A DNA stretch of 64,000 nt from Phaeosaccion multiseriatum (taxonomy: Eukaryota > Protista > Ochrophyta, other classes). The stretch covers positions 2,356,001 to 2,420,000 of the forward strand of contig OZ218964.1 of NCBI GenBank assembly GCA_965112735.1, given 5' to 3'. Of this stretch, positions 61,071-64,000 are shown piece after piece (the stretch's first letter is position 1; the number at the start of each line of letters is the position of its first letter). Made by a program: the position numbers and the translations under genes. The notes under the pieces are model-generated. The model had not been told where the DNA came from. It searched no databases and saw only the letters and a list, made by a program, of their open reading frames with translations.

Positions 61071-64000
61071 TGCGAGAGCAAGCAGAGCCGGGGGGGGTCA
61101 GTGGGAGGAGAAGGAGAAGGGCAAGCAAGAGCAGGAGCTGCTGTATGGACTCCTCTCCCTCCCGCGAGACCAGCGGAGCCCTTCATCTTCTCCCCCCTTC
61201 TCCTGCAGGGCCTGGGCATCAGCACTCCCTCCCCCGGTACGGCTCTGCCCTTCCAGCACCCCTGGACCGATTCAGAGGGCCTGGCCCCGTGGTACACCAC
61301 GAATGCGGAGTGGTGGCGACTGCGTGGGGGGTGCGTGAGCGAGCCAAGCTGTGAGCCCCCTGCTTTCGGCTAGATACAGCCTCACCTCCTCTTGAGGAGA
61401 GCTCCACTCGCCCACTCGCTTCCCCTCCCCCGCCCACCCCACCTCCCATACCCCATATCCCACACCCCCACAGCCGCTCAAACTCGTTCATTCTCCGGGC
61501 AGACAGGAGCTCCGCGTCGTCAGCGGGAGAAGGAGAGGGGGTGGGTAGCCGCACGCCGTCGCGAGGAGAGCATATAGACGAACTCGAAACCGAACTCGAT
61601 GCCGATGCCGATGTCAATGTCGATGTGGAAGGCGCGCCCCTGGGGGAAGCAGGGGTGAGGGGTGCCTCCATCTCCTTGTCCTCGGCCTCCCACGCGGCCT
61701 TGTTGCAGCGCATGGGTCTCGTGATACCCAACTTTGACCGTGTACAGCAGTATGAAGACCTGCAGCGGGAGCCGGAGATTCTCAGGGGGGAGGAGGAGAA
61801 GGACTACGCAGGAGGAGGGAGGAACGGAGCGACTAGAGGGGAGGGCTCTCGGCGGGGACAGACGACTCGGCCTGCCAGCGCTCGGCCTCGGATGGAGGGG
61901 TGCGCCGGACAGACCCAGGGGGGGCAGGGTGAGCAGGTACGGAAGGAAGCAAGTGGCTGTAGATGAAAGCTGAGGGCTGAAGGCTGAATGACAGCATTGT
62001 AGCAGCTGTTAAGGCCGAGTGAGGATGAAAGGGGGGTCGGTACCGGGATGTTGGGGGGGCAAAGGCGCAAAGGCGGCAAGGTGGATGATCAACAATTGAG
62101 TCCTTTTCGCTCTTCTTTCTCTCTGTCCCTCGCTCTGTCGCTCTCTTTTATCTCTCCCTCCCTTCCTCCCTCCCTTCCTCCCTCCCCCTCCCTCTGGCCG
62201 TGGGCCACAGACGCGTACACCGCTCTGCCTCGACAGCAGGCCAGGCAGCGCTCGCAGCGCCGGCGCCATGAAGAGGCGGAACGAACAGCGCCAGCAGCAG
62301 GGCAGAGGGGGCAAGGGCGGTAGAGAGGGAGGGCTGCTGATGCGGGGGGCAGCGGCAGTTCTGCAGCAACAGCGGCACTCCGGCCAAGCCTCTGCGGTGA
62401 GGGAGGGGAGGGAGGGAGGAAGAGACTTGGTGATACAGAGGGAGGGAGTGAGCGAGTGCGAGAGAGCGGGGGTGAAAGTGCGAGGGAGTTGAATTGGTGC
62501 AGGAGGAAGTGAGGGAGCGAGAGCGGGGGGGGGGGGGGAGGAAGAAGGGTAGCAGCGCCGCCAGCATGGCAGTGAGGTCTCGCAACAGAGAAGACAGCGA
62601 CGTGTGTATTGAATGAGTAATTGATGCCCTCGCACCCCGTACCCGGTCCCACGTGTGCTCTGCTGCTCTGCCGCACCATTCATGTCTGCTCAATCCTGCT
62701 CCACACGGTTCTACACCCCTCCTTTCTACTCCCCATCTCTCGTCCCAAAGGCCAAGCTTCGGAGTCGTCGGGAGAAGCAGCAGCAGCGGCGAGCAGAGGC
62801 CATCACAATGACAGGCGTGGTTGGATCCAGCACGGCCAGGGAAGGAGCAAGGACAGTGACGGCTGCTGCTGCTGTACCACCAACAGTTGTATCTCGAGAC
62901 GATGTGCTAGAGTGGGATACGCAGATGGAGATGGCACTGAACAGGAGGGCAGAGCTCGTCGAGGGCGGCAGGATGTTCGCCGTCAATGGAAGGTGAGGGG
63001 GGAGGAGGGAGGAAGGGGTGAGGGAGGGAGGGAGGGAGGGAGGGAGGGAGATGGCAGAGGATGGAGTATGCTATGGATCCAACGCACAAGGAGAGGGACC
63101 GACGAAACGATGGGTTGACTCCCCGCAGCACGGTGGTGCGCTCTGCTCTACCCCTAATGACATATGCTTCCTCCCTGCCTCCTTTCTTCCTTTCTTCATT
63201 CTTTCATTCCTTCCTTCCTTCCTTCCTTCCTTCCTTCCTTCCTTCCTTCCTTCCTTCCTTCCTTCCTTCCTTCCTTCCTTCCTTCCTTCCTTCCTTCCTT
63301 CCTTCCTTCCTTCCTTCCTTCCTTCCTTCCTTCCTTCCTTCCTTCCTTCCTTCCTTCCTTTCTTTCTTTCTTCCTTCCTTCCTCCCTCCCTCCCTCCCTT
63401 CCTTCCTTCCTTCCTTCCTTCCTTCCCTCCACTCATTGACTTAGCGTTCACTCTGACGACCTCCCCCCCCCCTCTCTCCTGTTCTCCACCCTCTCCACCC
63501 TCTCCTCCCCCTCCTCTCTGCCCACGCTTCCTCCCTTTTCTCCCCTGCTGCCAGAGAACAAGTACGCATCATCGAAGATCCTTCCGCCGCCGCCACCGGA
63601 GCGTCTTCCTTGCACAGAGACCGTTCCAGATCTGTGCAACAGCTTCGACCTCCCCCCTTGGAGTCAGCGCGGAGCAGTCTGCGATCGTTCCGGGCCTCGC
63701 GATCCCCCGGGATGGAGGGGAAGGGGCGGAAGGAGGATGCGTTGGGTGGAGGGCCAGGGGGAGGGGGGAGCATGAGCCATCGGAGCGTTCTCAATCTCGC
63801 CATGGGGGGGGGGGGGGAGAAGCTCTGTCTATGGCTCCAACACTCAGGAGGAGGAGGAGGAGGAGGAGGAGGAGGGGGGCGTCACAAATGGCTTCAGTAC
63901 CACCAACACCAGGAGAGGGAGAAGGGGCTGGGAGGGGAGGGCAAGGTATTGGACTTGGGTATCAGCAGAGGCCCATTGGAAGCCCCGTCACAGGGACGGG
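61071..64000 (+). pseudogene. Copy of plus-strand gene relic (runs off window)
   Basis: Colinear; ~62350-63180 near-identical to ~24520-25340. Confidence 0.4.
63181..63430. repeat. (TTCC)n microsatellite
   Basis: Direct reading. Confidence 0.95.

Larger units (their letters stand above)
1..64000. repeat. Tandem array of 14 head-to-tail units (about 2.8-5.7 kb each: ANK gene plus one of three spacer types)
   Basis: Every segment of the window recurs; gene stops at 2490, 8080, 13441, 18395, 21592, 27163, 32468, 37556, 43270, 48799, 51575, 56165, 59373. Confidence 0.97.

Noticed and set aside
1-64000. Diversity-generating retroelement explaining the hypervariable codons
   Set aside because: No reverse transcriptase and no template/variable repeat pair in the window; variable sites involve all four bases and are spread over eight repeats.
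1-64000. Assembly artefact producing false tandem copies
   Set aside because: Units differ by many in-frame coding changes and distinct deletions; homopolymer and microsatellite lengths may still contain errors.

Overview
GC-rich eukaryotic DNA made entirely of a tandem array of 14 paralogous ankyrin-repeat genes (13 complete, copy 1 cut by the window edge), all on the minus strand. The ORF track mis-starts them. The sequence supports a two-exon model in every copy: a 30-33 nt exon 1 (MAQQ(Q)ATLTPE, usually in CACCATGG context), a ~320-350 nt GT-AG intron, and a 1116-nt exon 2 (1119, 1125 or 1413 nt in in-frame variants). Each protein has a near-constant N-cap, 8 ankyrin repeats (11 in copy 7) and a near-invariant ~69-aa C-terminal tail. 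Differences between copies concentrate on the beta-turn and helix-1 positions of the ankyrin binding face and recur in mosaic combinations, like a natural recombining binder library. Spacers are built from (i) a decayed 3' fragment of a restriction-like-endonuclease (RLE) non-LTR retrotransposon and (ii) a 2-3 kb decaying multi-exon plus-strand gene relic with (TTCC)n and (ACTC)n microsatellites, which splits the retroelement fragment. The intron style (GGAG-rich 5' end, CTCC-rich 3' end) resembles eustigmatophyte or other stramenopile algae, which is inference only. No RNA genes, CRISPR array or reverse transcriptase were seen. All alignments were done by eye.
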